Origin: a virus
UHGV virus genome: UHGV-0046270
Strand: one strand, 5' to 3'
DNA length: 24,380 nt
Part shown: in pieces, positions 9,323 to 17,449 of the stretch
How positions within the stretch are numbered: the stretch's first letter is position 1
How the letters are laid out: every line of letters starts with the position of its first letter
Notes under the pieces: generated by a model
What the model was told of the DNA's origin: nothing
Database searches by the model: none
What the model saw: the letters and a program-made list of their open reading frames with translations, nothing else
Made by a program: the position numbers and the translations under genes

Positions 9323-9595
9323 TCATCTCGCCGTCAGTTGTTTTGATTTCCGGTAGCCTGCCGCGTAAAGAGCTACGTTCGGAAGACAAGTTGAACCTTC
9401 ATATTTTCTGGTCAACGTTGTCAGAGTTATCACTTCTGCTCTCATTGCTGGTTTGAGCTTGCATTGCAAGACCACTCGTGAAGGGGTTGGCCTGTGTAGC
9501 TTGTCGGAGCTGATCGCCTCCTGACTTTGCAGATTTGCGCGACGAGCTCTACGGCGAGAAGCTGCGGTGCCTTTAAATTCTGTTTTTCTGGACAT
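9323..9595 (-). CDS. N: N-type transcription antiterminator (933W/H-19B-like)
   Basis: 90 aa from ATG at 9595 preceded by GGGAGG SD; N-terminal arginine-rich motif FKGTAASRRRARRANLQ; sits downstream of nutL/pL. Confidence 0.65.
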   Translation of the reverse strand: MSRKTEFKGTAASRRRARRANLQSQEAISSDKLHRPTPSRVVLQCKLKPAMRAEVITLTTLTRKYEGSTCLPNVALYAAGYRKSKQLTAR

Positions 9596-9693
9596 GGATT
9601 CCTCCCGAATAAACTTTGGCGATGCAATCTCGAAGCTCCTCCTGAGACGGTTGCTTCGGCATTGCATCCCACAGCTTATGTGGTTGGGTGATC

Positions 9694-9739
9694 TGGCTTT
9701 TCAGCCACGTAGTCGAGAGTCGACGTTGTTTAAAGAGCC
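9694..9739 (-). promoter_or_regulatory. nutL: boxA-like GGCTCTTTA, 23-nt spacer, boxB hairpin TGGCTGAAAAGCCA
   Basis: Minus-strand GGCTCTTTA-aacaacgtcgactctcgactacg-TGGCTGAAAAGCCA; same architecture and spacer length as the nutR candidate at 12375-12420. Confidence 0.6.
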
Positions 9740-9784
9740 TGCCAGTCTGTTCCATTTGGCTTCCAGCGTCCTGCTGACGGTTAA

Positions 9785-9813
9785 ATAGTACGATATGTAC
9801 TTTACAAGATCAA
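9785..9813 (-). promoter_or_regulatory. Candidate pL with overlapping OL operator
   Basis: Minus strand reads TTGATC-17 nt-TACTAT; palindrome AGTACGATATGTACT at 9787-9801 overlaps the -10; related motif occurs in the OR region. Confidence 0.45.
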
Positions 9814-10000
9814 TACAATTTGTTGTAAGTTGGCGTGGTTTTTTATAACGCTTTGTATTTAATAGTGTTGTTTTTTAGCGTGGATGTATTGCCTCGGCGA
9901 TGTAAGGAGAGATCAGAATTGCGTGGTTTAGTGGGTTGCATCTATTTATTTTTCAATAAATATAATTGGTTATGTGTTTTTAGGTGGGCGAACGTGAGGC

Positions 10001-10026
10001 AAAGAAAACCCGGCGCTGAGGCCGGG
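10001..10026 (-). terminator. Intrinsic terminator ending the cI-downstream operon
   Basis: Hairpin cccggc-gctgag-gccggg (10009-10026) 5 nt after the stop at 10032, with plus-strand aaagaaaa (minus U-run) at 10001-10008. Confidence 0.6.
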
Positions 10027-10031
10027 TTGTA

Positions 10032-10784
10032 TTATGCTGCAAGTCTCTTAACCCAAGTCTCTCTTTTGGAGAATGGTAGAACTTGGCTTGATTCATGGAA
10101 GAGTAAGGAGAGTTGTTGCATTTGATCACCAATTGCTTCGCTGTCTATAACAACAAATCTGTTGTTATACTCCTCACTTGAAGCTTTAAGATCAATTAGT
10201 TTCCCAAGCAATGAGTAAGCACTATTCCAGCTTCCTCCGTGTTTCACGCTTGATGTAAAAACGTATTTAGGTATGTCGGTTTTTATTGTTACAGGGACGG
10301 TAATTTGATGTCCACTCAAGCCATATACGTTTTCACGAAGAGAAAGTGCGTCTCTAAGCTCTGTGTGATATAGATAATCAATAACCATACTTTCAAACTT
10401 TTCAGCTTGAACTGGCTGATACCAGTCTAACGACAAAGTTGATGCGAGTATACCAGCTCTAATTATGTTCGATGTAATCGCACCGACATCCTTTTCTGTT
10501 GCCCAAGCAATGATTTCTCCTCGAGCATTGAGTTCTGCGCCTTCTTTAAGCAGTAATTGTCGTATCTCATCAAGTCGTTTTTTGGTAAGCGAGATCCCTC
10601 TTGCCTCCATATTCATTAAGGCATCGCATCTGTCACTAACTAAATACCTACCATTGACTTCACGGATAAAGGCACCGACATGCTCTCCATCATCACAGTA
10701 AGTGAATGGACTGATAATTCTCAAGGTCTTGCCTATTGGATGGCATTCGAAACCTAGTTGTGAGATCACTGTTGAGCACATCAT
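10032..10784 (-). CDS. Hypothetical protein (250 aa), distal gene of the immunity-region cassette
   Basis: Long ORF in AT-rich DNA; start overlaps the upstream stop (ATGA); no Walker or other catalytic motif recognised. Confidence 0.6.
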   Translation of the reverse strand: MMCSTVISQLGFECHPIGKTLRIISPFTYCDDGEHVGAFIREVNGRYLVSDRCDALMNMEARGISLTKKRLDEIRQLLLKEGAELNARGEIIAWATEKDVGAITSNIIRAGILASTLSLDWYQPVQAEKFESMVIDYLYHTELRDALSLRENVYGLSGHQITVPVTIKTDIPKYVFTSSVKHGGSWNSAYSLLGKLIDLKASSEEYNNRFVVIDSEAIGDQMQQLSLLFHESSQVLPFSKRETWVKRLAA

Positions 10785-11338
10785 ATTCCAAACCCCATTT
10801 GCCCCGACTCATCTTCAAGCGGTAAAGGTATTCTCCCAGAGTAAGTTATGTTCAGATGTTTACAGAAGTAATTCCAATACCCTACCAGGTCATCTGGGTT
10901 TATGTCATCTTCGATTGGAAACGCTATTCTATCACTATAGTATCCAGCTTCTTCATAGTATACATGGTAGTGAGCACCGTAAATGATATCTTGGTACTTC
11001 GGATGATCGACCTTGTAACTATTCGTGTGTTTGTCAAAGTGATAGGTATCTACCGCGAAAACCCTCTTGTTATGATAGAAAGCAATAATATTTATTTTAG
11101 GGTAAGAAATCGGGTCATCAGGTTCTGAATCCTGATCTGGTTTCCATTTCAGTTCAAACTTTAGCCCTTGTATAGGTATACAATCCTCATCCAAGGGGAT
11201 GATATGGGCTTGTAGCCACATATCAGAGCGACTTGGTTTCTGTTTCCATTTAACGCCAGAAAAGTTAACTATTTTTTTACAATAAAGTACTTTATCAACT
11301 TCTACTTGGCTTGGCTGATAATCATCTATTTTTGCCAA
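10781..11338 (-). CDS. Hypothetical protein (185 aa), proximal gene of the immunity-region cassette
   Basis: Long ORF starting 39 nt downstream of the cI stop; aromatic/acidic-rich; no recognised domain. Confidence 0.6.
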   Translation of the reverse strand: MAKIDDYQPSQVEVDKVLYCKKIVNFSGVKWKQKPSRSDMWLQAHIIPLDEDCIPIQGLKFELKWKPDQDSEPDDPISYPKINIIAFYHNKRVFAVDTYHFDKHTNSYKVDHPKYQDIIYGAHYHVYYEEAGYYSDRIAFPIEDDINPDDLVGYWNYFCKHLNITYSGRIPLPLEDESGQMGFGI

Positions 11339-11377
11339 TGTTTACCGCCCTGTAAATTGTAGATAAAAGTGGTTTCA

Positions 11378-12079
11378 TCACCCAAACGTCTCTTCAGGCC
11401 ATTGGCTGGCGATAACTTTCCCCACAACGGAACAACTCTCATTGCATGGGATCATTGGGTATTGTGGGTTTAGTGGCTGTAGAAACACCTGACCGCTATC
11501 CCTGATCAGTTTCTTGAAGGTAAATTCATCACCACCAAGTCTGGCTATGCAGAAATCGCCGGGCTCAACAGCTTGCTCAGGGTCAACCAGAATTAACATC
11601 CCGTCAGGAAAGCTGGGTTTGGAACCTGTTGGTGCGGTCATTGAGTTACCTTCAACCTCAAGCCAGAATGCAGAGTCACTGGCTTTTTTGGTTGTGCTTA
11701 CCAATCTCTCCGCATCGCCTTTGGTAAAGGTTCTGAGTTCTGGAGAGAACATCCCAGCCTGAACATGAGAAAAAACAGGGTACTCATATTGTTTTTTAAC
11801 TGGGGCCGATGAGTATTCGCCAACAGGTGAAAATGTCCCGTCGTGGTTGAATGATATGTTATCAATACCAAGGTATTTAAACACCACACCAATATCACTA
11901 AGAGATGGATGACGAGATCCGCGCAACCAGTGTCCAATCCCACCCTGCGTCATACCTAGCTCTTCGGCTAACTTCTCTTGAGTTATGCCGAGCTCTTTCA
12001 TTCTGGATCTAGCCAGTTCATACCATTTCATTTTCATGTCCTTATTATTACGCTCTGTACTGGAACCATCCATGCACAA
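11378..12079 (-). CDS. cI: cI-type repressor (lambda C-terminal domain, heterologous HTH N-domain)
   Basis: Residues from [29 protein letters not shown] to the end match lambda CI; N-terminal HTH ([25 protein letters not shown]) differs; 29-aa N-terminal arm length equals lambda if start is 12079 (alternative start 12031). Confidence 0.85.
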   Translation of the reverse strand: MCMDGSSTERNNKDMKMKWYELARSRMKELGITQEKLAEELGMTQGGIGHWLRGSRHPSLSDIGVVFKYLGIDNISFNHDGTFSPVGEYSSAPVKKQYEYPVFSHVQAGMFSPELRTFTKGDAERLVSTTKKASDSAFWLEVEGNSMTAPTGSKPSFPDGMLILVDPEQAVEPGDFCIARLGGDEFTFKKLIRDSGQVFLQPLNPQYPMIPCNESCSVVGKVIASQWPEETFG

Positions 12080-12148
12080 TGTGTATTTTTACTTGTATTC
12101 GCAAAGTACATATTGTATTTTTTTATTCGTGTTTACTATGGAGGGCAT
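12080..12148. promoter_or_regulatory. OR region (pR/pRM with operators)
   Basis: Divergent cI/cro intergenic region; AAGTACATATTGTATT (12104-12119) resembles the OL palindrome; TACTAT -10-like at 12134-12139; GGAGG SD before cro. Confidence 0.5.
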
Positions 12149-12364
12149 ATGAGCAACCTACGAAAATATCGAGAGTCACTGAATATCTCTCAAACAACAC
12201 TTGCTAAGGCAGTTGGATGCACACAGGGAGCTATCGGACATTGGGAATCTGGTCGTCGCTTCCCAGACCTTAAAACATGCCGTGCTCTTGTTGCGTGCCT
12301 AAACAAGTTAGGCGCAAAAGTCAGTCTTGATGACGTGTTCCCGCCGGAACACAAAGCCGCTTAA
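12149..12364 (+). CDS. cro: Cro-like XRE-family HTH regulator
   Basis: 71 aa from ATG at 12149 after GGAGGG; HTH LNISQTTLAKAVGCTQGAIGHWESGRRFP shares the TQGxIGHW helix with the cI N-domain. Confidence 0.75.
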   Translation: MSNLRKYRESLNISQTTLAKAVGCTQGAIGHWESGRRFPDLKTCRALVACLNKLGAKVSLDDVFPPEHKAA

Positions 12365-12374
12365 TAAGCGGATC

Positions 12375-12420
12375 CGCTCTTTGTAACAACGGACATTCGT
12401 CCTACGTCGCTGAAAAGCGA
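12375..12420 (+). promoter_or_regulatory. nutR: boxA CGCTCTTTG, 23-nt spacer, boxB hairpin TCGCTGAAAAGCGA
   Basis: Read directly; paralogous to nutL in boxA, spacer length and boxB loop. Confidence 0.6.
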
Positions 12421-12505
12421 GTTCCAAGATATCTGACCAACTAAGGCCATATGCGTTTCCACGCATACCTTTCAACTAACTATTCACTATTGGAAATCTT
12501 AAGAA

Positions 12506-12802
12506 ATGGAAAGAACAAGTTACAGCAAACTATCACAGCGTGACGTTGATCGCGCAGAAACAGATTTACTTATCAATCTGTCAGCTATTACCCAGCGCGG
12601 TCTGGCAAAGATGATTGGCTGTCATGAATCGAAGATAAGCAGAACGGACTGGAGATTTATTGCTTCGGTCTTGTGTGCTTTCGGAATGGCATCAGACATC
12701 AGTCCGATTAGCAGGGCTTTTAAGTATGCGCTTGATGGACTCACCAATAAAAAACGCCCGGCGGCAACCGAGCGTTCTGAACAAATCCAGATGGAATTCT
12801 GA
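12506..12802 (+). CDS. cII: cII-like transcriptional activator (chimeric)
   Basis: 98 aa; C-terminus TNKKRPAATERSEQIQMEF matches lambda CII; N-terminal part divergent. Confidence 0.8.
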   Translation: MERTSYSKLSQRDVDRAETDLLINLSAITQRGLAKMIGCHESKISRTDWRFIASVLCAFGMASDISPISRAFKYALDGLTNKKRPAATERSEQIQMEF

Positions 12803-12835
12803 GGTCATTACTGGATCAATCCACAGGAGTCATTA
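12746..12835 (-). ncRNA. oop: Predicted OOP-like antisense RNA with its terminator inside the cII 3' end
   Basis: Minus-strand 7-bp-stem hairpin (plus 12754-12773) followed by U-run (plus-strand A-run 12746-12753); cII 3' end is lambda-like; 5' end approximate. Confidence 0.45.
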
Positions 12836-13734
12836 TGACAAATACAGCAAAAATACTCAACTTCTGCAGAGGTAACTTTGCCAAACAGGAGCGTAATGTG
12901 GCAGATCTCGATGATGGTTACGCCAGACTATCAAATATGCTGCTTGAGGCTTATTCAGGCGCAGATCTGACCAAGCGACAGTTTAAAGTGCTGCTTGCCA
13001 TTCTGCGTAAAACCTATGGATGGAATAAACCAATGGACAGAATCACCGATTCTCAACTTAGCGAGATTACAAAGTTACCCGTCAAACGGTGCAATGAAGC
13101 CAAGTTAGAACTCGTCAGAATGAATATTATCAAGCAGCAAGGCGGCATGTTTGGACCAAATAAAAACATCTCAGAATGGTGTATCCCTCAAAACGAGGGA
13201 AAATCCCCTAAAACGAGGGATAAAACATCCCTCAAATTGGGGGATTGCTATCCCTCAAAACAGGGGGACACAAAAGACACTATTACAAAAGAAAAAAGAA
13301 AAGATTATTCGTCAGAGAATTCTGGCGAATCCTCTGACCAGCCAGAAAACGACCTTTCTGTGGTGAAACCGGATGCTGCAATTCAGAGCGGCAGCAAGTG
13401 GGGGACAGCAGAAGACCTGACCGCCGCAGAATGGATGTTTGACATGGTGAAGACCATCGCGCCATCAGCCAGAAAACCGAATTTTGCAGGGTGGGCTAAC
13501 GATATCCGCCTGATGCGTGAACGTGACGGACGTAACCATCGCGACATGTGTGTACTGTTCCGCTGGGCATGCCAGGACAACTTCTGGTCCGGTAACGTGC
13601 TGAGCCCGGCCAAACTCCGCGACAAGTGGACCCAGCTCGAAATCAACCGTAACAAGCAACAGGCAGGTGTGACAGCCTGCAAACCAAAACTCGACCTGAC
13701 AAACACTGACTGGATTTACGGGGTGGATTTATGA
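12835..13734 (+). CDS. O: Replication initiator O
   Basis: 299 aa; N-terminus MTNTAKILNFCRGNFAKQERNVADLDDGYARLSNMLLEAYSGADLTKRQFKVLLAILRKTYGWNKPMDRI matches lambda O; ori iterons inside. Confidence 0.95.
   Translation: MTNTAKILNFCRGNFAKQERNVADLDDGYARLSNMLLEAYSGADLTKRQFKVLLAILRKTYGWNKPMDRITDSQLSEITKLPVKRCNEAKLELVRMNIIKQQGGMFGPNKNISEWCIPQNEGKSPKTRDKTSLKLGDCYPSKQGDTKDTITKEKRKDYSSENSGESSDQPENDLSVVKPDAAIQSGSKWGTAEDLTAAEWMFDMVKTIAPSARKPNFAGWANDIRLMRERDGRNHRDMCVLFRWACQDNFWSGNVLSPAKLRDKWTQLEINRNKQQAGVTACKPKLDLTNTDWIYGVDL
13183..13268. repeat. ori iterons (four about 18-bp repeats) inside O, followed by an A-rich stretch
   Basis: atccctcaaaacgaggga (13183-13200), atcccctaaaacgaggga (13203-13220), atccctcaaattggggga (13227-13244), atccctcaaaacaggggga (13250-13268); A-rich 13269-13310. 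Confidence 0.8.
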
Positions 13735-14432
13735 AAAACATCGCCGCACAGATGGTTAATTTTGACCGTGAGCAGATGCGTCGGATCGCCAACAACATGC
13801 CGGAACAGTACGACGAAAAGCCGCAGGTACAGCAGGTAGCGCAGATCATCAACGGTGTGTTCAGCCAGTTACTGGCAACTTTCCCGGCGAGTCTGGCTAA
13901 CCGTGACCAGAACGAACTGAACGAAATCCGCCGCCAGTGGGTTCTGGCTTTCCGGGAAAACGGGATCACCACAATGGAACAGGTTAACGCAGGAATGCGC
14001 GTAGCCCGTCGGCAGAATCGACCATTTCTGCCATCACCCGGGCAGTTTGTTGCATGGTGCCGGGAAGAAGCATCCGTTATCGCCGGACTGCCAAACGTCA
14101 GCGAGCTGGTTGATATGGTTTACGAGTATTGCCGGAAGCGAGGCCTGTATCCGGATGCAGAGTCTTATCCGTGGAAATCGAACGCGCACTACTGGCTGGT
14201 TACCAACCTGTACCAGAACATGCGGGCCAATGCGCTGACTGACGCGGAATTACGACGCAAGGCTGCCGATGAACTGACCTGTATGACAGCGCGAATTAAC
14301 CGTGGTGAGACGATACCTGAACCAGTAAAACAACTTCCTGTCATGGGCGGCAGACCTCTAAATCGTGTTCAGGCGCTGGCGAAGATCGCAGAAATTAAAG
14401 CTAAGTTAGGACTGAAAGGAGCAAGTGTATGA
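13731..14432 (+). CDS. P: Replication protein P (DnaB helicase loader)
   Basis: 233-aa product matches remembered lambda P (MKNIAAQMVNFDREQMRRIANNMPEQYDEKPQVQQVAQIINGVFSQLLATFPASLANRDQNE...). Confidence 0.95.
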   Translation: MKNIAAQMVNFDREQMRRIANNMPEQYDEKPQVQQVAQIINGVFSQLLATFPASLANRDQNELNEIRRQWVLAFRENGITTMEQVNAGMRVARRQNRPFLPSPGQFVAWCREEASVIAGLPNVSELVDMVYEYCRKRGLYPDAESYPWKSNAHYWLVTNLYQNMRANALTDAELRRKAADELTCMTARINRGETIPEPVKQLPVMGGRPLNRVQALAKIAEIKAKLGLKGASV

Positions 14433-14719
14433 CGGGCAAAGAGGCAATTATTCATTACCTGGGGACGCATAATAGCTTCTGTGCGCCGGACGTTGCCGCG
14501 CTAACAGGCGCAACAGTAACCAGCATAAATCAGGCCGCGGCTAAAATGGCACGGGCAGGTCTTCTGGTTATCGAAGGTAAGGTCTGGCGAACGGTGTATT
14601 ACCGGTTTGCTACCAAGGAAGAACGGGAAGGAAAGATGAGCACGAACCTGATTTTTAAGGAGTGTCGCCAGAGTGCCACGATGAAACGGATATTGGCGGT
14701 ATATGGAGTTAAAAGATGA
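14429..14719 (+). CDS. ren: Ren (Rex-exclusion resistance)
   Basis: 96 aa MTGKEAIIHYLGTHNSFCAPDVAALTGATVTSINQAAAKMARAG... matches lambda Ren. Confidence 0.9.
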   Translation: MTGKEAIIHYLGTHNSFCAPDVAALTGATVTSINQAAAKMARAGLLVIEGKVWRTVYYRFATKEEREGKMSTNLIFKECRQSATMKRILAVYGVKR

Positions 14720-14744
14720 CCATCTACATCACTGAGCTAATAAC

Positions 14745-14776
14745 AGGCCTGCAGGTAATCGCAGGCCTTTTTATTT
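14745..14776 (+). terminator. tR2-like intrinsic terminator before the nin region
   Basis: Stem aggcctgc / gcaggcct with 8-nt loop, followed by ttttattt. Confidence 0.65.
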
Positions 14777-14792
14777 GGGGGAGAGGGAAGTC

Positions 14793-15233
14793 ATGAAAAA
14801 ACTAACCTTTGAAATTCGATCTCCGGCACATCAGCAAAACGCTATTCACGCAGTACAGCAAATCCTTCCAGACCCAACCAAACCAATCGTAGTAACCATT
14901 CAGGAACGCAACCGCAGCTTAGACCAAAACAGGAAGCTATGGGCCTGCTTAGGTGACGTCTCTCGTCAGGTTGAATGGCATGGTCGCTGGCTGGATGCAG
15001 AAAGCTGGAAGTGTGTGTTTACCGCAGCATTAAAGCAGCAGGATGTTGTTCCTAACCTTGCCGGGAATGGCTTTGTGGTAATAGGCCAGTCAACCAGCAG
15101 GATGCGTGTAAGCGAATTTGCGGAGCTATTAGAGCTTATACAGGCATTCGGTACAGAGCGTGGCGTTAAGTGGTCAGACGAAGCGCGACTGGCTCTCGAA
15201 TGGAAAGCGCGATGGGGAGATCGGGCTGCATGA
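14793..15233 (+). CDS. ninB: NinB (recombination protein)
   Basis: 146 aa MKKLTFEIRSPAHQQNAIHAVQQILPDPTKPIVVTIQERNRSLDQNRKLWACLGDVSRQVEWHGRW... matches lambda NinB; SD gagaggga. Confidence 0.9.
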   Translation: MKKLTFEIRSPAHQQNAIHAVQQILPDPTKPIVVTIQERNRSLDQNRKLWACLGDVSRQVEWHGRWLDAESWKCVFTAALKQQDVVPNLAGNGFVVIGQSTSRMRVSEFAELLELIQAFGTERGVKWSDEARLALEWKARWGDRAA

Positions 15234-15757
15234 CTATCAAATCAAATACGCCAGCACACGACAAGGACTGCTGGCAAACGCCGCTTTGGCTTTTTGATGC
15301 ACTGGATATTGAGTTTGGATTCTGGCTGGATTCGGCAGCGAGCGACAAAAATGCTCTGTGCGCTCACTGGCTAACTGAGGACGACGACGCGCTCAATTCT
15401 GAGTGGGTAAGCCACGGTGCAATCTGGAATAACCCACCGTACAGCAATATCAGGCCGTGGGTGGAAAAAGCCGCTGAGCAGTGTATACAACAGCGACAGA
15501 CGGTAGTGATGCTTGTGCCAGAGGATATGTCTGTCGGATGGTTCAGCAAGGCTCTGGAGAGTGTTGACGAAGTTCGTATTATCACTGATGGACGGATTAA
15601 TTTTATCGAACCATCGACAGGGCTGGAGAAGAAGGGAAACAGCAAAGGCTCCATGCTGCTGATTTGGCGACCGTTCATCAGTCCTCGACGGATGTTTACT
15701 ACCGTATCCAAAGCGGCATTGATGGCGATCGGGCAGGGCGTCAGGAGGGCTGCATGA
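15230..15757 (+). CDS. Phage DNA N6-adenine methyltransferase (Dam-like)
   Basis: 175 aa from ATG overlapping the ninB stop (ATGA); NPPY motif ([10 protein letters not shown]). Confidence 0.75.
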   Translation: MTIKSNTPAHDKDCWQTPLWLFDALDIEFGFWLDSAASDKNALCAHWLTEDDDALNSEWVSHGAIWNNPPYSNIRPWVEKAAEQCIQQRQTVVMLVPEDMSVGWFSKALESVDEVRIITDGRINFIEPSTGLEKKGNSKGSMLLIWRPFISPRRMFTTVSKAALMAIGQGVRRAA

Positions 15758-15930
15758 GACGACAGCGACGAAGCATCACCGACATAATCTGCGAAAACTG
15801 CAAATACCTTCCAACGAAACGCTCCAGAAATAAACGCAAGCTAATCCCAAAAGAATCTGACGTAAAAACCTTCAATTACACAGCCCACCTGTGGGATATC
15901 CGGTGGCTAAGATATCGTGCGAGGAAATGA
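15754..15930 (+). CDS. ninE: NinE
   Basis: 58 aa [52 protein letters not shown]... matches lambda NinE; ATGA overlap with the Dam stop. Confidence 0.8.
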   Translation: MRRQRRSITDIICENCKYLPTKRSRNKRKLIPKESDVKTFNYTAHLWDIRWLRYRARK

Positions 15931-16274
15931 CAATGGATTATTCACAGTTAAGTGATTTTGAAATTAACAGAATGGTAGGAGACATAATTTTTAAAGGCCT
16001 TTGGGCAAGTAAACCGGAAACATCAGGGAATAACACCAACAAATGGTATTACGGAAATGCTGATACAACTTTTGAGCCATTAAATCATTTGCCTGACTAC
16101 TGCAATGATCCGAGCGCTTCATGGCCGATTATTGAGAAATACAGGATTTCTATCTTAGACCAGTTAACTGAATGGTGTGTGGATGCAAAAGGCGTAAGCC
16201 CAATATTTGATACCAGACCTCTCCGCGCCGCCATGATTGTCTTTCTCCTGATGCAGGAGGCCAATAATGCTTAG
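15927..16274 (+). CDS. Hypothetical nin-region protein (116 aa), AT-rich
   Basis: ATG overlaps the ninE stop (ATGA); no recognised domain; visibly lower GC than neighbours. Confidence 0.5.
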   Translation: MTMDYSQLSDFEINRMVGDIIFKGLWASKPETSGNNTNKWYYGNADTTFEPLNHLPDYCNDPSASWPIIEKYRISILDQLTEWCVDAKGVSPIFDTRPLRAAMIVFLLMQEANNA

Positions 16275-16484
16275 CCCATCTCAATCCCTTCAATACCTGA
16301 AAGAAAGCATAGAGCGGGCTTCAATGTGCACAGAGTGGATTCTATCTAGGTTTAGCGCATACAGAAGATTGCCGGTAAAGGGCATGCCAAGCAAGTCGAT
16401 GCTGCATATGCAAAAGAATGCGCGCTGGAAGGTATGGCGAGAACACAGGTTATGTGGCTGAAAGAGGGGGTTATTAAGGCGTGA
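16267..16484 (+). pseudogene. Remnant: NinF-like N-terminus followed, in another frame, by a YbcO-like (DUF1364-type) C-terminus
   Basis: ORF 16267-16461 starts [16 protein letters not shown] like lambda NinF then diverges; a different frame from 16356 encodes ...[26 protein letters not shown] ending at 16484 with no start. Confidence 0.45.
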
Positions 16485-16843
16485 ATACCTACAGCATCAC
16501 ATTACCCTGGCCTCCGAGCAATAATCGCTATTACCGCCATAATCGCGGGCGCACGCACGTCAGCGCAGAGGGGCAGGCATACCGCGATAACGTCGCCCGA
16601 ATCATTAAAAACGCAATGCTGGATATCGGCCTGGCTATGCCTGTGAAAATCCGCATTGAGTGCCACATGCCGGATCGCCGTCGCCGTGACCTGGATAATC
16701 TGCAAAAAGCCGCTTTTGACGCACTCACTAAAGCAGGTTTCTGGCTGGATGATGCTCAGGTCGTTGATTACCGCGTTGTGAAGATGCCTGTTACCAAAGG
16801 TGGGAGGCTGGAACTGACCATCACCGAAATGGGGAATGAATGA
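16481..16843 (+). CDS. rusA: RusA Holliday-junction resolvase
   Basis: 120 aa (GTG start) [93 protein letters not shown]... matches remembered prophage RusA. Confidence 0.9.
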   Translation: MNTYSITLPWPPSNNRYYRHNRGRTHVSAEGQAYRDNVARIIKNAMLDIGLAMPVKIRIECHMPDRRRRDLDNLQKAAFDALTKAGFWLDDAQVVDYRVVKMPVTKGGRLELTITEMGNE

Positions 16844-16980
16844 TGTTTGAGTTTAATATGGCAGAACTTCTTCGCCACCGCTGGGGGCGTCTGCGCTTAT
16901 ATCGTTTCCTCGGTTCTGTTTTGACCGATTACCGAATACTGAAGAATTACGCCAAAACCCTGACAGGAACAGGAGTATGA
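16840..16980 (+). CDS. ylcG: YlcG-like small protein (46 aa)
   Basis: Manual translation [46 protein letters not shown]; ATG overlaps the rusA stop. Confidence 0.65.
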   Translation: MMFEFNMAELLRHRWGRLRLYRFLGSVLTDYRILKNYAKTLTGTGV

Positions 16981-17065
16981 AGTCAGAGATAACAATCAAC
17001 TAATACTGTTTTGTTGATTTTTGCTTGTAATTGGCGTTCTGGTCTGATTTTTGTGGAGTAAGTTG

Positions 17066-17449
17066 ATGCGTGATATTCAGATGGTTCTTGAGCGTTGGGG
17101 TGCGTGGGCGGCTAATAATCATGAAGATGTGACCTGGTCGTCCATTGCCGCCGGTTTTAAGGGATTAATTCCTTCAAAAGTAAAATCTCGCCCGCAATGT
17201 TGTGACGATGACGCGATGATCATTTGCGGGTGCATGGCCCGTCTGAAAAAGAACAACAGCGATTTACACGATTTATTAGTAGATTATTATGTATGTGGTA
17301 TGACATTCATGTCACTGGCAAGTAAGCATTGCTGCTCGGATGGTTATATCGGGAAAAGGTTACAGAAGGCTGAGGGCATAATTGAAGGGATGTTAATGGC
17401 ATTAGATATCCGGTTAGATATGGATATCGTTGCTAATAATTCTAATTGA
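17066..17449 (+). CDS. Q: Q late-gene antiterminator (phage 82 / DLP12 QuuD-type)
   Basis: 127 aa from ATG after GGAG; Cys-rich ([16 protein letters not shown]), positioned before the late promoter and lysis genes. Confidence 0.75.
   Translation: MRDIQMVLERWGAWAANNHEDVTWSSIAAGFKGLIPSKVKSRPQCCDDDAMIICGCMARLKKNNSDLHDLLVDYYVCGMTFMSLASKHCCSDGYIGKRLQKAEGIIEGMLMALDIRLDMDIVANNSN

Noticed and set aside
9835-10125. 96-aa plus-strand ORF
   Set aside because: Lies in the pL/OL-to-terminator intergenic region and overlaps the 3' end of the 250-aa gene; no SD; likely spurious.
11978-12148. N-terminal extension of the cro ORF (128-aa version)
   Set aside because: Extension overlaps the cI start and operator region; a strong SD precedes the ATG at 12149, giving a 71-aa Cro-sized product.
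12451-12466. Small hairpin (atgcgt-ttcc-acgcat) after nutR as a possible tR1
   Set aside because: No U-run; lambda tR1 is Rho-dependent and cannot be defined from sequence alone.
13183-13268. Possible CRISPR-like repeat array
   Set aside because: Repeats are about 18 bp, internally palindromic, lie inside the O gene and match lambda ori iterons; no spacers or CRISPR architecture.
13283-13972. Minus-strand ORFs of 60-109 aa
   Set aside because: Antisense to the O and P genes; shadow ORFs.
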